Shown: positions 1-7,566, counted from the first letter of the stretch. The stretch is 54,650 bases of DNA from Acidithiobacillales bacterium SM1_46 (GCA_001304215.1 LJVB01000001.1:1-54650), one strand, 5' to 3'. The notes: generated by a model from the letters alone, not told the origin. Made by a program: numbers and translations.

Positions 1-94
1 CTTCGAGTCCGGCCCATCCACCCACAAATCGAAACTCTTGCCATCCGAACCCACCATCGTCACGCACCACCGCAGCTCCCCAGGAGCCGCCGGA
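1..94. repeat. terminal direct repeat, copy A (identical to 54557..54650); circular-closure overlap of the contig
   Basis: nt 1..94 (cttcgagtccggcccatccaccc...ccccaggagccgccgga) match the last 94 nt of the window exactly. The repeat lies inside the terminase ORF, and joining the ends keeps that ORF in frame. Confidence 0.95.
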
Positions 95-708
95 TTGTCG
101 TAACGATTGTCGAGCCACGGCGCAAACATCGGAATGATCCAATCGCCCGCGCTCGAGGTCGGAGGATTCGACGCCAATACCGTCCGACAACGCTGCTCAG
201 GATCGGCCGAGCGCACCCAACCCATCAAAAACCGCACCTGCGCCTCGCGGTTCTGAACCACCTCGTCAATCGCCAGCAAATCGTGCGCCTGACCCTGCCA
301 GTGCTCCTCATCCCCCGGCTTCGCCAAACCACCAAAATCAATCACCCGACCATTCACCGTGGTCAGCCTCGGCGGCAACGAACCGTTGTAACCCTTGTCC
401 GTGCCGTTGATCTCTTTCGCGCGATCCGTGATCGCCGTCAGATCCACATAGTGCTTGCGCACAATCAACGATCGCTTGTGATGCTCAAACGCCAGCCCGA
501 GTATCAGATCCGTCTTGCCCGACCCTCCCGAACCGCCATACAACAACACATCAGCCTTGCAATGCACCGCCTCAAATTGCGGCCCCGGCGACGGCACCCA
601 CATCTTGCCCTGGCTGCGCGCATCTATCAGCGAATCCAACTCCGCTCGAGCCTCCGGCGTCATCGACCGATACGACGCCAATAACTCGTCAATCACCGCA
701 TCGCTCAC
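1..708 (-). CDS. terL: terminase large subunit, N-terminal ATPase part (ORF runs off the window start and continues at 54650)
   Basis: Hand translation from GTG at 708 gives VSDAVIDELLASYRSMTPEA... Walker A is YGGSGGSGKTD and Walker B is HDLLAIDEV. The GTG overlaps the stop of 705..1010 (GTGA). The 708 nt are exactly 236 codons and are in frame with 53621..54619 across the 94-nt repeat; the joined ORF is 1644 nt (547 aa). Confidence 0.9.
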   Translation of the reverse strand, partial: MSDAVIDELLASYRSMTPEARAELDSLIDARSQGKMWVPSPGPQFEAVHCKADVLLYGGSGGSGKTDLILGLAFEHHKRSLIVRKHYVDLTAITDRAKEINGTDKGYNGSLPPRLTTVNGRVIDFGGLAKPGDEEHWQGQAHDLLAIDEVVQNREAQVRFLMGWVRSADPEQRCRTVLASNPPTSSAGDWIIPMFAPWLDNRYDNPAAPGELRWCVTMVGSDGKSFDLWVDGPDSK

Positions 709-1010
709 CCGCGCTCCTCCCACATCGCAAACCGATACCACCTCACCATCGTCTCAACCGGCGACGCATTCAACTCCGACACCAAATCGTCCGCAATCAG
801 CGGGCTCACCACCAACAACCGCCGACACCGATCCATGTCCTCCACCGGCAACGGCCACGCAAAACTCGGATTCTCAACCTGAATCACCTCCACACCCGAA
901 CGACGCGGATCCACAAAAACCAGCCCAAATCCATCAGCCGGCTTCTGCCGCTTCAAGCCCTCAATAAACTCCTCACAGCCAATCACTTCGGACGCTCTAC
1001 ACACCGCCAT
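705..1010 (-). CDS. hypothetical protein (101 aa) between terS and terL
   Basis: ORF track. GGAG lies just upstream of the ATG. The stop TGA overlaps the terL GTG start. Confidence 0.6.
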   Translation of the reverse strand: MAVCRASEVIGCEEFIEGLKRQKPADGFGLVFVDPRRSGVEVIQVENPSFAWPLPVEDMDRCRRLLVVSPLIADDLVSELNASPVETMVRWYRFAMWEERG

Positions 1011-1168
1011 ACCGCTCCAAAACGCGCCTCCTCGCGGGCATCTGCATCAGCTTGGCGGGCTGCCTCAGCCTCACATGCCTCCAAGGTGCGATACACCCCA
1101 ATCTCGACCGGCGCCGAAATGGGACCGCCCGGAAGAACCAACCAAAACCAAAGTGCATATTCGAGCAT
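983..1168 (-). CDS. small hypothetical protein with hydrophobic N-terminus (61 aa)
   Basis: ORF track. The RBS is GGAGGTGAATA directly before the ATG. The N-terminus reads MLEYALWFWLVLPGG. Confidence 0.55.
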   Translation of the reverse strand: MLEYALWFWLVLPGGPISAPVEIGVYRTLEACEAEAARQADADAREEARFGAVWRCVERPK

Positions 1169-1273
1169 TATTCACCTCCACGCGGGATTTTTTCGGAAAA
1201 TCGTGGGGAGGACGGTGCAGCAGCAGCCCTGGCCGCGCCACAGCGGCCCCCCGCCGTGGGATAAGGAACCCTA

Positions 1274-1927
1274 TCACGATCCATCGCCATCGCCGTCGCT
1301 GTCCTTACTCATTGCCCCCGGCTGCGGTTCGCCCTCCGAGGTGGGGCGGGCAGGGTCGCCGGCTTGGCTGCCCTCCTCGGCTGCATTATGCAGTCGGCCG
1401 GCCTGCCCCTCGATCAAGGCCCCGGCGCGCTGGTCCTCAAGCATGAACGAGGCGAGCCGGCGCATACGCTCCCGGTCGTCGAGGGTCACGAGGTGCGCCA
1501 CTGCCCCGGTGTGCTGGTGCTCCACCTTGTCGGCGTACCGGGGCGACAGCTTCGACATGAGGAACTTGCGAGCGTCCACCATGAGGCGGGCACGGCCGAC
1601 GTTGGCGTGATTCGGCGAGCCGTCCGGCAGTAGGTCGCCGGTGTCGTCGTCCGCTATCGTCAGTAGCTCATCGGCCATTGACTCCATGCCATCGGCCCGC
1701 GCGCGCATGTAATCGTCGTCGAATTGCGGAAATCGGCGCCGCCACTGGTGGACCGTTTGCCGTGCTGGCATTCCCGGTGTCCTGCATATTTCGGTCAGTG
1801 TTTCGCCCTCGCTGAGCCGCGCGCAGATAAGAGCGCCGACGCTTTCCCGGTAGGTGGTGGGTCTCCCTCCCTTGTGTGAGTTGCTGCCTGCCGGGTCGGT
1901 TTTCGTTTGCGCGTCAGTGTTTTGCAT
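1274..1927 (-). CDS. terS: terminase small subunit-like DNA-binding protein (start moved to Met24 of the track ORF)
   Basis: The pattern GGRPTTYRESVGALICARLSEGETLTEICRTPGMPARQTVHQWRRRFPQFDDDYMRAR matches the HTH terS family pattern as I remember it. The gene lies upstream of terL on the same strand and has an acidic C-terminal tail. Confidence 0.55.
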   Translation of the reverse strand: MQNTDAQTKTDPAGSNSHKGGRPTTYRESVGALICARLSEGETLTEICRTPGMPARQTVHQWRRRFPQFDDDYMRARADGMESMADELLTIADDDTGDLLPDGSPNHANVGRARLMVDARKFLMSKLSPRYADKVEHQHTGAVAHLVTLDDRERMRRLASFMLEDQRAGALIEGQAGRLHNAAEEGSQAGDPARPTSEGEPQPGAMSKDSDGDGDGS

Positions 1928-1981
1928 AATGCACCCTATGCCTGCCGGATTGCCGGGAATTCTACTCCTCAGCCTAGCCGC

Positions 1982-2011
1982 TTGACATCCCGGCACATTG
2001 TGCCTCAGAAT
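1982..2011 (+). promoter_or_regulatory. candidate sigma70-type early promoter TTGACA-N18-CAGAAT
   Basis: TTGACA at 1982..1987 and CAGAAT at 2006..2011, in the divergent terS/early intergenic region about 70 nt upstream of the first early ATG (2081). Confidence 0.3.
1992..2004. promoter_or_regulatory. perfect 13-bp palindrome GGCACA-T-TGTGCC (candidate operator) inside the promoter spacer
   Basis: Read directly from the sequence; it sits between the putative -35 and -10 elements. Confidence 0.35.
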
Positions 2012-2080
2012 CCGCGATGCTCCCTCAAACGAGCGAGCCGGCCCTCACTAGGCCGACACTACAACGCGAGGACCAACACC

Positions 2081-2497
2081 ATGACTGTCACGAAACGCAC
2101 CCCTTGGACGGCTGCCGAGAATCTTGCGCTTTGCCGCCTTTACTTCGACATGCTCGACCGAGTCCGGCGCCGCGAGGACTACAACAAGGCCGCCATGATT
2201 CGCCATATCAGCCGCAGCAACGGCCCCGGCGATACCGGACCACTAGCCGGCCGCAGCCGGGGAAGCATTGAGGCCAAGCTGATGAACGCGAGCGCCTGCC
2301 ATGCCGATATGGCTGGCGGCGACAAGGCGATGACAATGGACGGCCACGGCTATCGCTGCCTGCCCAACTATCAGCGGGCACTCAGGGACGCCATGCGCGC
2401 CGAGCTTGACCGCCGCAGCGCCGAGCGCGCCTATGCTGCCGACGCCGCCGAGTACAACGCGACGCAGGTACGCCGCAACGTGGAGGCGAAGCAATGA
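2081..2497 (+). CDS. hypothetical early protein (138 aa; start moved to Met59 of the track ORF)
   Basis: ACGCGAGGA motif 9 nt upstream of the ATG. ATGA overlap with the next gene. Contains an SRGSIEAKLMN-type segment. Confidence 0.65.
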   Translation: MTVTKRTPWTAAENLALCRLYFDMLDRVRRREDYNKAAMIRHISRSNGPGDTGPLAGRSRGSIEAKLMNASACHADMAGGDKAMTMDGHGYRCLPNYQRALRDAMRAELDRRSAERAYAADAAEYNATQVRRNVEAKQ

Positions 2498-3438
2498 CCA
2501 GCGGCCGCCTGATTCGACTGGACCGGCTGAACGTGACCCGCTTGGCTGCCGACTACTCGGCAGCCGTGCGGGCCGCACTGACCGCCTCGCAGCTTCTCAA
2601 CGTGCGAAACGGCGACGCCGTGGCCGCCGACTACATCGACACCGGCGAGCTACTCGCCGAGGCGGTCTATACGCAGCGCCCCGGCGCCGAGTCGATCGCC
2701 GACTATGGCGACGAGATCGCAGCGGCCGAGGAGCGCGCCAGCGCCAGCGGCTACCACCTGAGCCGCGTACTCGTCGGCTGCGAATTCTCGGGCACTGTCC
2801 GCGATGCTTTCGCGGCCGCCGGCCACGACGCCACAAGCTGCGACATCCTGCCGACCGAGTCGCCGGAGGGGCAGCACTACACCGGCGACGTTCGGGACAT
2901 TATCGGCGACGGCTACCACCTCGCCATTTTCCACCCACCCTGTACCTACCTCGCCGCCTGCCAGCTTTGGCGCTGCCAGCGTGACCCCGAGCGCGAGGCC
3001 AAGCGTATCGAGGCGCTCGACTTTGTCCGCGATCTCATGGCGGCGCCGGTCGAGCGGTGGGCGCTTGAAAATCCGGTGGGCTGCATCGGCACCGAGATAC
3101 GGCCGGCCGACCAATACGTGCAGCCCTACGAGTACGGCCACGACCACAGCAAGAAAACCGGCCTATGGTTGCACGGCCTGCCCAAGCTCGAAGCGGACCC
3201 CGCCGACTATGTCGCGCCCCGCCTCGACACCTACAAGGGCAAGCCGGTTAAGCGGTGGGCGAATCAGTCGCCATGCGGCGCCGACCGTATGGGCCCGAGC
3301 GACGACCGAGGCCACAAGCGGAGCCGATTCTTTGCCGGCATAGCGCGCGCGATGGCCGACCAGTGGGGCGGCGTCGCAAGCGTCGCGAGGCGGGCGGCCG
3401 AGCCGCTGGCCGAGCCGGTACAGCTTGCCCTTATCTGA
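2494..3438 (+). CDS. DNA cytosine-5 methyltransferase-like protein with an N-terminal extension of about 95 aa
   Basis: Ordered motifs: GCEFSGTVRDAF (motif I-like), FHPPCTY (motif IV Pro-Cys) and ALENPVG (motif VI ENV-like). The C-terminus reads RSRFFAGIARAMADQW. Confidence 0.55.
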   Translation: MTSGRLIRLDRLNVTRLAADYSAAVRAALTASQLLNVRNGDAVAADYIDTGELLAEAVYTQRPGAESIADYGDEIAAAEERASASGYHLSRVLVGCEFSGTVRDAFAAAGHDATSCDILPTESPEGQHYTGDVRDIIGDGYHLAIFHPPCTYLAACQLWRCQRDPEREAKRIEALDFVRDLMAAPVERWALENPVGCIGTEIRPADQYVQPYEYGHDHSKKTGLWLHGLPKLEADPADYVAPRLDTYKGKPVKRWANQSPCGADRMGPSDDRGHKRSRFFAGIARAMADQWGGVASVARRAAEPLAEPVQLALI

Positions 3439-3448
3439 GGGCACCACC

Positions 3449-3471
3449 AAGCCGCCGCGCGCCGGCGGCTT
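3449..3471 (+). promoter_or_regulatory. GC-rich intergenic hairpin AAGCCGCCG-cgcgc-CGGCGGCTT (copy 1 of a repeated stem)
   Basis: 9-bp perfect stem read directly. The same stem sequence recurs at 4949..4971. No U-tract follows. Confidence 0.6.
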
Positions 3472-3527
3472 GTTAGTGCTTTCACAACAGCGGGCCCAGG
3501 GTCCGCGACAACGCGAGGAGTAAGACA

Positions 3528-3956
3528 ATGACAACACTGAAAGGCTTAATGGTTTTCGTGCAGGGCATGGATTGCACCGCCGGCGGCGTCACCAGCGGCA
3601 AGCGTCACGCCTGCCTGATCGGCGACGGTATGCCGGAGATATTCGAGGCGCGCGACGATATGCCGGCGCTGGCGCTGGTCTATGACCTCGACCCGCAGGG
3701 CTGCGCCAGTGGCTACATGCTGGCGGCGTCGCCGCAGTGGCTCGGCGAGATCGGCCAGCTTGACCGCTACGACGCGGACGGCCGGCCGCTTTGCTACGCC
3801 AAGCAGCACAAGCTAATGCGCGCCAAGGCCGTCCCGGTCGATGACAACGGCCGGCCCCGCCTCGGCGGTATGTTCGGCGGCCACTACATCGACACCAGCG
3901 ACAGCCGAGGCCCGAGCGCCTCGCCTATCCCCGTTTTTGACCGCTTCGAGGTGTGA
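3528..3956 (+). CDS. hypothetical early protein (142 aa)
   Basis: ORF track. ACGCGAGGAGTAAGACA lies directly before the ATG. Confidence 0.7.
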   Translation: MTTLKGLMVFVQGMDCTAGGVTSGKRHACLIGDGMPEIFEARDDMPALALVYDLDPQGCASGYMLAASPQWLGEIGQLDRYDADGRPLCYAKQHKLMRAKAVPVDDNGRPRLGGMFGGHYIDTSDSRGPSASPIPVFDRFEV

Positions 3957-3959
3957 CCG

Positions 3960-4190
3960 ATGGCCTACGAGAAAACCCGAGTATTCCGCATCGCGGGCCG
4001 CCAGTGGCGCGCCCGCAAGGGCTTGACCATTAACCCCCGGCGCAAAGTCTACAACGACCGGGGCGAGTGGGTCCGCGCATGGTACGCGCAGCCCTGCGAT
4101 AAATCCGAGGAGTGGCGGCCAGTCGGCCGCACCCTCGGCGATCTCACCTATTGGATTCAACGCGAGGAGTCACGACATGCGAACCCTTAA
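3960..4190 (+). CDS. small basic hypothetical protein (76 aa)
   Basis: ORF track. It starts 4 nt after the previous stop. Confidence 0.6.
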   Translation: MAYEKTRVFRIAGRQWRARKGLTINPRRKVYNDRGEWVRAWYAQPCDKSEEWRPVGRTLGDLTYWIQREESRHANP

Positions 4191-4545
4191 ACCGTTCGAG
4201 TATCAGCTAGACCGCGAGACATGGGAGGAGCAGCGAGCCGCCGGCCGCTATAACCCCGCCACTGTCGTCATATGGCGCGGGCACCGCTACGCCATCGGCG
4301 CCGGCACCGGCGACGACCTCGATCTATTCGAGGAGGGCGGCGCGCTCTACGTGCTGGCCCGCCGCGATTCGCTCGGCTATGCCGGCCTTGAGGTGTTCCG
4401 CGACGGCGAGCGCATCGCCGACACGTTCACCGACTACGAGGAGCAGGCCGAATACATTAACGGGCTGAGCGCCATCTATGCCGCGAAGCGGCTGGCCAAT
4501 TGGTGCGACGCCGAGGGCGGGGAGGCTTACGGCTATGACTACTAG
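4177..4545 (+). CDS. acidic hypothetical early protein (122 aa)
   Basis: ORF track. ACGCGAGGAG at 4160..4169 lies 7 nt before the ATG. Confidence 0.65.
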   Translation: MRTLKPFEYQLDRETWEEQRAAGRYNPATVVIWRGHRYAIGAGTGDDLDLFEEGGALYVLARRDSLGYAGLEVFRDGERIADTFTDYEEQAEYINGLSAIYAAKRLANWCDAEGGEAYGYDY

Positions 4546-4795
4546 CGCGGTGGAGCTACTGCGGGAGCAAGGCGCCCGCACCCTGGGCCGGCGTGTCGGC
4601 TGCATCATGCAGTCGGCGCGGCCGGTAGACGAGCAACTAGCCGGCGCCATTGTCGAGATCGCGCAGCGAGCGCGCGAAAAGGCGACCGGCTCGACCGCGT
4701 GGACGCTGGCCGAGTCGTTGCAGCTTATCGCCGACCTCGAAGCCGAGGAGCGACGCCTCGACCGCTGGCTAACAACGCAGGAGGCGCGGCTATGA
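4535..4795 (+). CDS. hypothetical early protein (86 aa; start moved to Met20)
   Basis: GGGGAGG lies 9 nt upstream of the ATG at 4535. 11-nt overlap with the previous gene. Confidence 0.55.
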   Translation: MTTSAVELLREQGARTLGRRVGCIMQSARPVDEQLAGAIVEIAQRAREKATGSTAWTLAESLQLIADLEAEERRLDRWLTTQEARL

Positions 4796-4938
4796 GGTAC
4801 AGCGTCATACATTGGGGCTATTCGCCCCCGCGCGCCGGCATGGCCGGCAATACGTGGATAACCCGCAGCGAGGCCGAGCACCGCGAGGCAATGGCCGAGA
4901 TTCGCCGCCTTGGCGGCTACGTCCACGACTGGCATTAG
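4792..4938 (+). CDS. small hypothetical protein (48 aa, MRYSVIHWGY...)
   Basis: ATGA overlap with the previous stop. GGAGG lies upstream. Start moved to Met32 of track ORF 4699..4938. Confidence 0.5.
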   Translation: MRYSVIHWGYSPPRAGMAGNTWITRSEAEHREAMAEIRRLGGYVHDWH

Positions 4939-4948
4939 TGCCCCCCTC

Positions 4949-4971
4949 AAGCCGCCGCGAGTCGGCGGCTT
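4949..4971 (+). promoter_or_regulatory. GC-rich intergenic hairpin AAGCCGCCG-cgagt-CGGCGGCTT (copy 2)
   Basis: Stem identical to 3449..3471, and again followed by ACGCGAGGAGTAAGA..ATG. Confidence 0.6.
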
Positions 4972-5016
4972 GGTGGGTCGCATTGGACCCGTAACCCTTA
5001 CGCGAGGAGTAAGAGC

Positions 5017-5679
5017 ATGAACGACTACCAGAAAGAACGCGCCGAGGAGCGCGCATATATGCGGGAGCAGCTTGCACCAGTAGCCGAGGCACTCGGCAAC
5101 GGCTGGCAGCTTGACCCCGACCCCGAGGAACAGGACGCATGGAGCCGCTGGCACTATTTCAGCAACGGGCAAGGCCGGCAGATAGTGGCCGAGGTGGTAT
5201 GGAACAAGCCCGACCGCTTCGAGTTCCGCGCCCTGGGCTGGCCGACTTACGCCGACCCCGATGGCCGCACGATGACCGTGGACCCCTCGACAATGTGGAA
5301 CCCGAAAGAGTCGCGGCCGGTTATCTCGTGCGCCCGTTCAAGGACTCCCGAGGCTATCGCGCGCGACATCGAGCGCCGGCTATTGCCGGAATACGAGCGC
5401 CTTTATACGAGGGCCGAGGAGATCGCAGCCGACCGGCAAAAGAGCAGCGACGGCGAGGCCGAGCTTATCGACTTGCTATGGAAAGCAACGCGCGACACTC
5501 ACAACGAGCACCGGCAGGCCGACCGGCCCTATTTTGTCCGCGAGATCGAGGGCGGGCCGTTGACGATTGAATACCGCAGCCCCGGCAGCGTAAAGATTGA
5601 CCTCAGCGCCCGCGAGATGGCGGCCGTTATCGAGTTCCTGCGCGACTACCGCGCGAAGGAGGCGAAAGATGCGGCTTAG
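5017..5679 (+). CDS. hypothetical early protein (220 aa)
   Basis: ORF track. ACGCGAGGAGTAAGAGC lies directly before the ATG. Confidence 0.7.
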   Translation: MNDYQKERAEERAYMREQLAPVAEALGNGWQLDPDPEEQDAWSRWHYFSNGQGRQIVAEVVWNKPDRFEFRALGWPTYADPDGRTMTVDPSTMWNPKESRPVISCARSRTPEAIARDIERRLLPEYERLYTRAEEIAADRQKSSDGEAELIDLLWKATRDTHNEHRQADRPYFVREIEGGPLTIEYRSPGSVKIDLSAREMAAVIEFLRDYRAKEAKDAA

Positions 5680-5953
5680 TCTTGAGATCGAGGGCAACGG
5701 CTCCGCTTTCGCGGACGGCGGCGAGACTGAGACGGCGCGCCTGCTACGGCAGGCCGCCAACCGTATCGAGGCCGGCCATGACTGCGGGAACCTGCTCGAC
5801 ATTAACGGCAACACTTGCGGCGCGTGGAGCTTCGAGGCTACCGCGCCGGAGTCTGCTATTTGTCCCGACTGCGGGACTTGGGCCGAGCCCGACGCCATCG
5901 GGCAAACGTGCAACGAGTGCGGCCGGGGAATTATCGAGGCCGACGAATTCTAG
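5669..5953 (+). CDS. hypothetical protein with C-terminal zinc ribbon (94 aa; start moved to Met25)
   Basis: GGAGG lies upstream of the ATG at 5669. Cysteine pairs CPDC...CNEC. Confidence 0.55.
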   Translation: MRLSLEIEGNGSAFADGGETETARLLRQAANRIEAGHDCGNLLDINGNTCGAWSFEATAPESAICPDCGTWAEPDAIGQTCNECGRGIIEADEF

Positions 5954-5963
5954 GAGGTACGCC

Positions 5964-6215
5964 ATGACAATCAGCAAGACACTCACCGAGCCCCGCGAGG
6001 GCGAGGCTCGGCAGGTATGGGCGCAGCGCGAGTATGTCGAGGCGCTCGCCCAGGGTCTCGGCTTCGCCGCGCACGGCGACCGCTGGCTTTACTACGACCG
6101 AGAAGCAAGGCGGGGCACGATCCTGTACCCGTTCAGCAATGGCGAGGGCTGCCAGCGGATCGAGGCACCCATAAGCAACGGCCTCGACTGGATCGAGCAG
6201 CTTGCGCGCTACTGA
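5964..6215 (+). CDS. hypothetical protein (83 aa; start moved to Met95)
   Basis: TAGGAGGTACGCC lies directly before the ATG at 5964. Confidence 0.6.
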   Translation: MTISKTLTEPREGEARQVWAQREYVEALAQGLGFAAHGDRWLYYDREARRGTILYPFSNGEGCQRIEAPISNGLDWIEQLARY

Positions 6216-6224
6216 AACCAACAA

Positions 6225-6249
6225 GGGCGCCGGCACAGTGTCGGCGCCC
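6225..6249 (+). promoter_or_regulatory. GC-rich intergenic hairpin GGGCGCCGGCA-cag-TGTCGGCGCCC
   Basis: Stem of about 11 bp read directly. It is followed by ACGCGAGGAGTAACACG and the ATG. Confidence 0.55.
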
Positions 6250-6270
6250 GTTCACGCGAGGAGTAACACG

Positions 6271-6495
6271 ATGAAATTTTACGTTTTGTTCATTTATCAG
6301 GATGTCGAGCCCACGCTCTACGGGCCCTATGACGACCCCGACCAGCGCGACGCAAAGGCGCTAATCCTGCGCCAAGACGACCCCGACGATCTCCCGAGCG
6401 GTATCTATCCGGCCGAGATCGACGAGGCGGGCGACTTGCATATCGGCACCTATTCGGGCGCGTTTTTCGACAGCGCCGAGGAGGTGCAGCCATGA
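6271..6495 (+). CDS. small, strongly acidic protein (74 aa); DNA-mimic/anti-restriction candidate
   Basis: Sequence: MKFYVLFIYQDVEPTLYGPYDDPDQRDAKALILRQDDPDDLPSGIYPAEIDEAGDLHIGTYSGAFFDSAEEVQP. By eye it has about 22 Asp/Glu against about 4 Lys/Arg. ACGCGAGGAG lies upstream. Confidence 0.7.
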   Translation: MKFYVLFIYQDVEPTLYGPYDDPDQRDAKALILRQDDPDDLPSGIYPAEIDEAGDLHIGTYSGAFFDSAEEVQP

Positions 6496-7094
6496 GGTTC
6501 ATACATATCAGCGTTGACACTCACGCCGAGGCTTTCGATGACCGCTTGAGCGAGGAGATGGCGCACGTACTCAACGCGCCGAAGCTAATCAATACGCTGG
6601 CCGACTCCGAGGCCGGCACGGCGATACTGCGCACCTCCGAGGGCGAGGAGTGCGGCACCGCTTGGGTTTCCGATAACTGGTTCAACGGCTCCGGCCCGCG
6701 AGGCAGTATCGAGGAGACCAACCAGCGGCGCGCCGACTTCGCGGCCGCCGTGCTGCACCTCCTCGAAGCTGAGGAGGAGTGGAGCGCCGACACCCTGGAC
6801 GAGATCGCGAGGCTTGCGCGCGAGCGTGACCTTGCCCACTGCGACGCGGCCGGCATGTTCCGCGAGGGGCTGCCGCCGCCGCCGCCGTGGATGATTCTCA
6901 CCGAGTGGAGCGAGGGCGATCATCCCGTTAAGTGGGAATACAAGTACCTCGGCGACGGCGAGGCCCTGCACCGCATTACCTACGGCAAGCAGGCGACAGA
7001 AACCACCAGCGACACCGACGCGGCCAAAGAGTTCGGCTATTGCGTCCGGCACTCGCTCGAATGTATTGGCGCATTTTCGGAGGGTCCACGATGA
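6492..7094 (+). CDS. acidic hypothetical early protein (200 aa)
   Basis: ORF track. ATGA overlap with the previous gene. Confidence 0.7.
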   Translation: MRFIHISVDTHAEAFDDRLSEEMAHVLNAPKLINTLADSEAGTAILRTSEGEECGTAWVSDNWFNGSGPRGSIEETNQRRADFAAAVLHLLEAEEEWSADTLDEIARLARERDLAHCDAAGMFREGLPPPPPWMILTEWSEGDHPVKWEYKYLGDGEALHRITYGKQATETTSDTDAAKEFGYCVRHSLECIGAFSEGPR

Positions 7095-7324
7095 AACCGA
7101 CACACGTATCTATCAGCAAGGGCAAGGGCGAGCCCGCGACAACATGGCGCCTCGGCAATCCATTGCCGGGGCAGCAGATTCAGTGCATAGGCGATGACGG
7201 CCTTGTGCATCGGGTCTGCCACTGGCAAAGCTGGTTCGAGGTGGGAACAGTCGTGTTCACCTCGGGCGAGCGTCACCACTTCCACGGCCCAGGACAGGCC
7301 AAGCACCGGAGGGCGAACCAATGA
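7091..7324 (+). CDS. small hypothetical protein (77 aa; start moved to Met54)
   Basis: ATGA overlap with the previous stop. Confidence 0.55.
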   Translation: MKPTHVSISKGKGEPATTWRLGNPLPGQQIQCIGDDGLVHRVCHWQSWFEVGTVVFTSGERHHFHGPGQAKHRRANQ

Positions 7325-7566
7325 CGAGACTATGCGAGAAGTGCGGCGACCCGATTTTTGAGGTGTTCGCCGCCGCCACTGGCGAACCAATTTGCTGCGA
7401 CTGCTACGAGGGCGACGTTGACCCGCTGCATTGCGTACAGCAGGACGCATTCGTGCAGGGCTGGTATGCGGCCATCGAGCAGCGAGACAAGGAGGATCGC
7501 GAGGCAGGCGTCACCGATGACGCGCTTGACGATTTCATGCTTACTTACCCAGGAGGCGAGCCATGA
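7321..7566 (+). CDS. small zinc-ribbon protein (81 aa)
   Basis: CEKCG...CCDC motif. ATGA overlap with the previous gene. Confidence 0.6.
   Translation: MTRLCEKCGDPIFEVFAAATGEPICCDCYEGDVDPLHCVQQDAFVQGWYAAIEQRDKEDREAGVTDDALDDFMLTYPGGEP

Noticed and set aside
2-12. T-loop-like string TTCGAGTCC (possible tRNA)
   Set aside because: No acceptor, D or anticodon arms can be drawn, and it lies inside the terL coding sequence. I found no tRNA-like cloverleaf anywhere, including in the 12593..12896 hairpin region (stems and loops are the wrong sizes).
1-94. The 94-bp end repeat as a true biological direct terminal repeat
   Set aside because: It sits in the middle of the terL coding sequence and is exactly what an assembler leaves on a circular or permuted genome. 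This cannot be settled without reads.
3449-3471. Early-region GC hairpins as classical rho-independent terminators
   Set aside because: No U-tract follows any of the three. I recorded them as regulatory or processing hairpins instead.
4324-5172. 282-aa minus-strand ORF across the early region
   Set aside because: It is antisense to four coupled plus-strand genes that have conserved leaders, and it has a shadow-frame composition.
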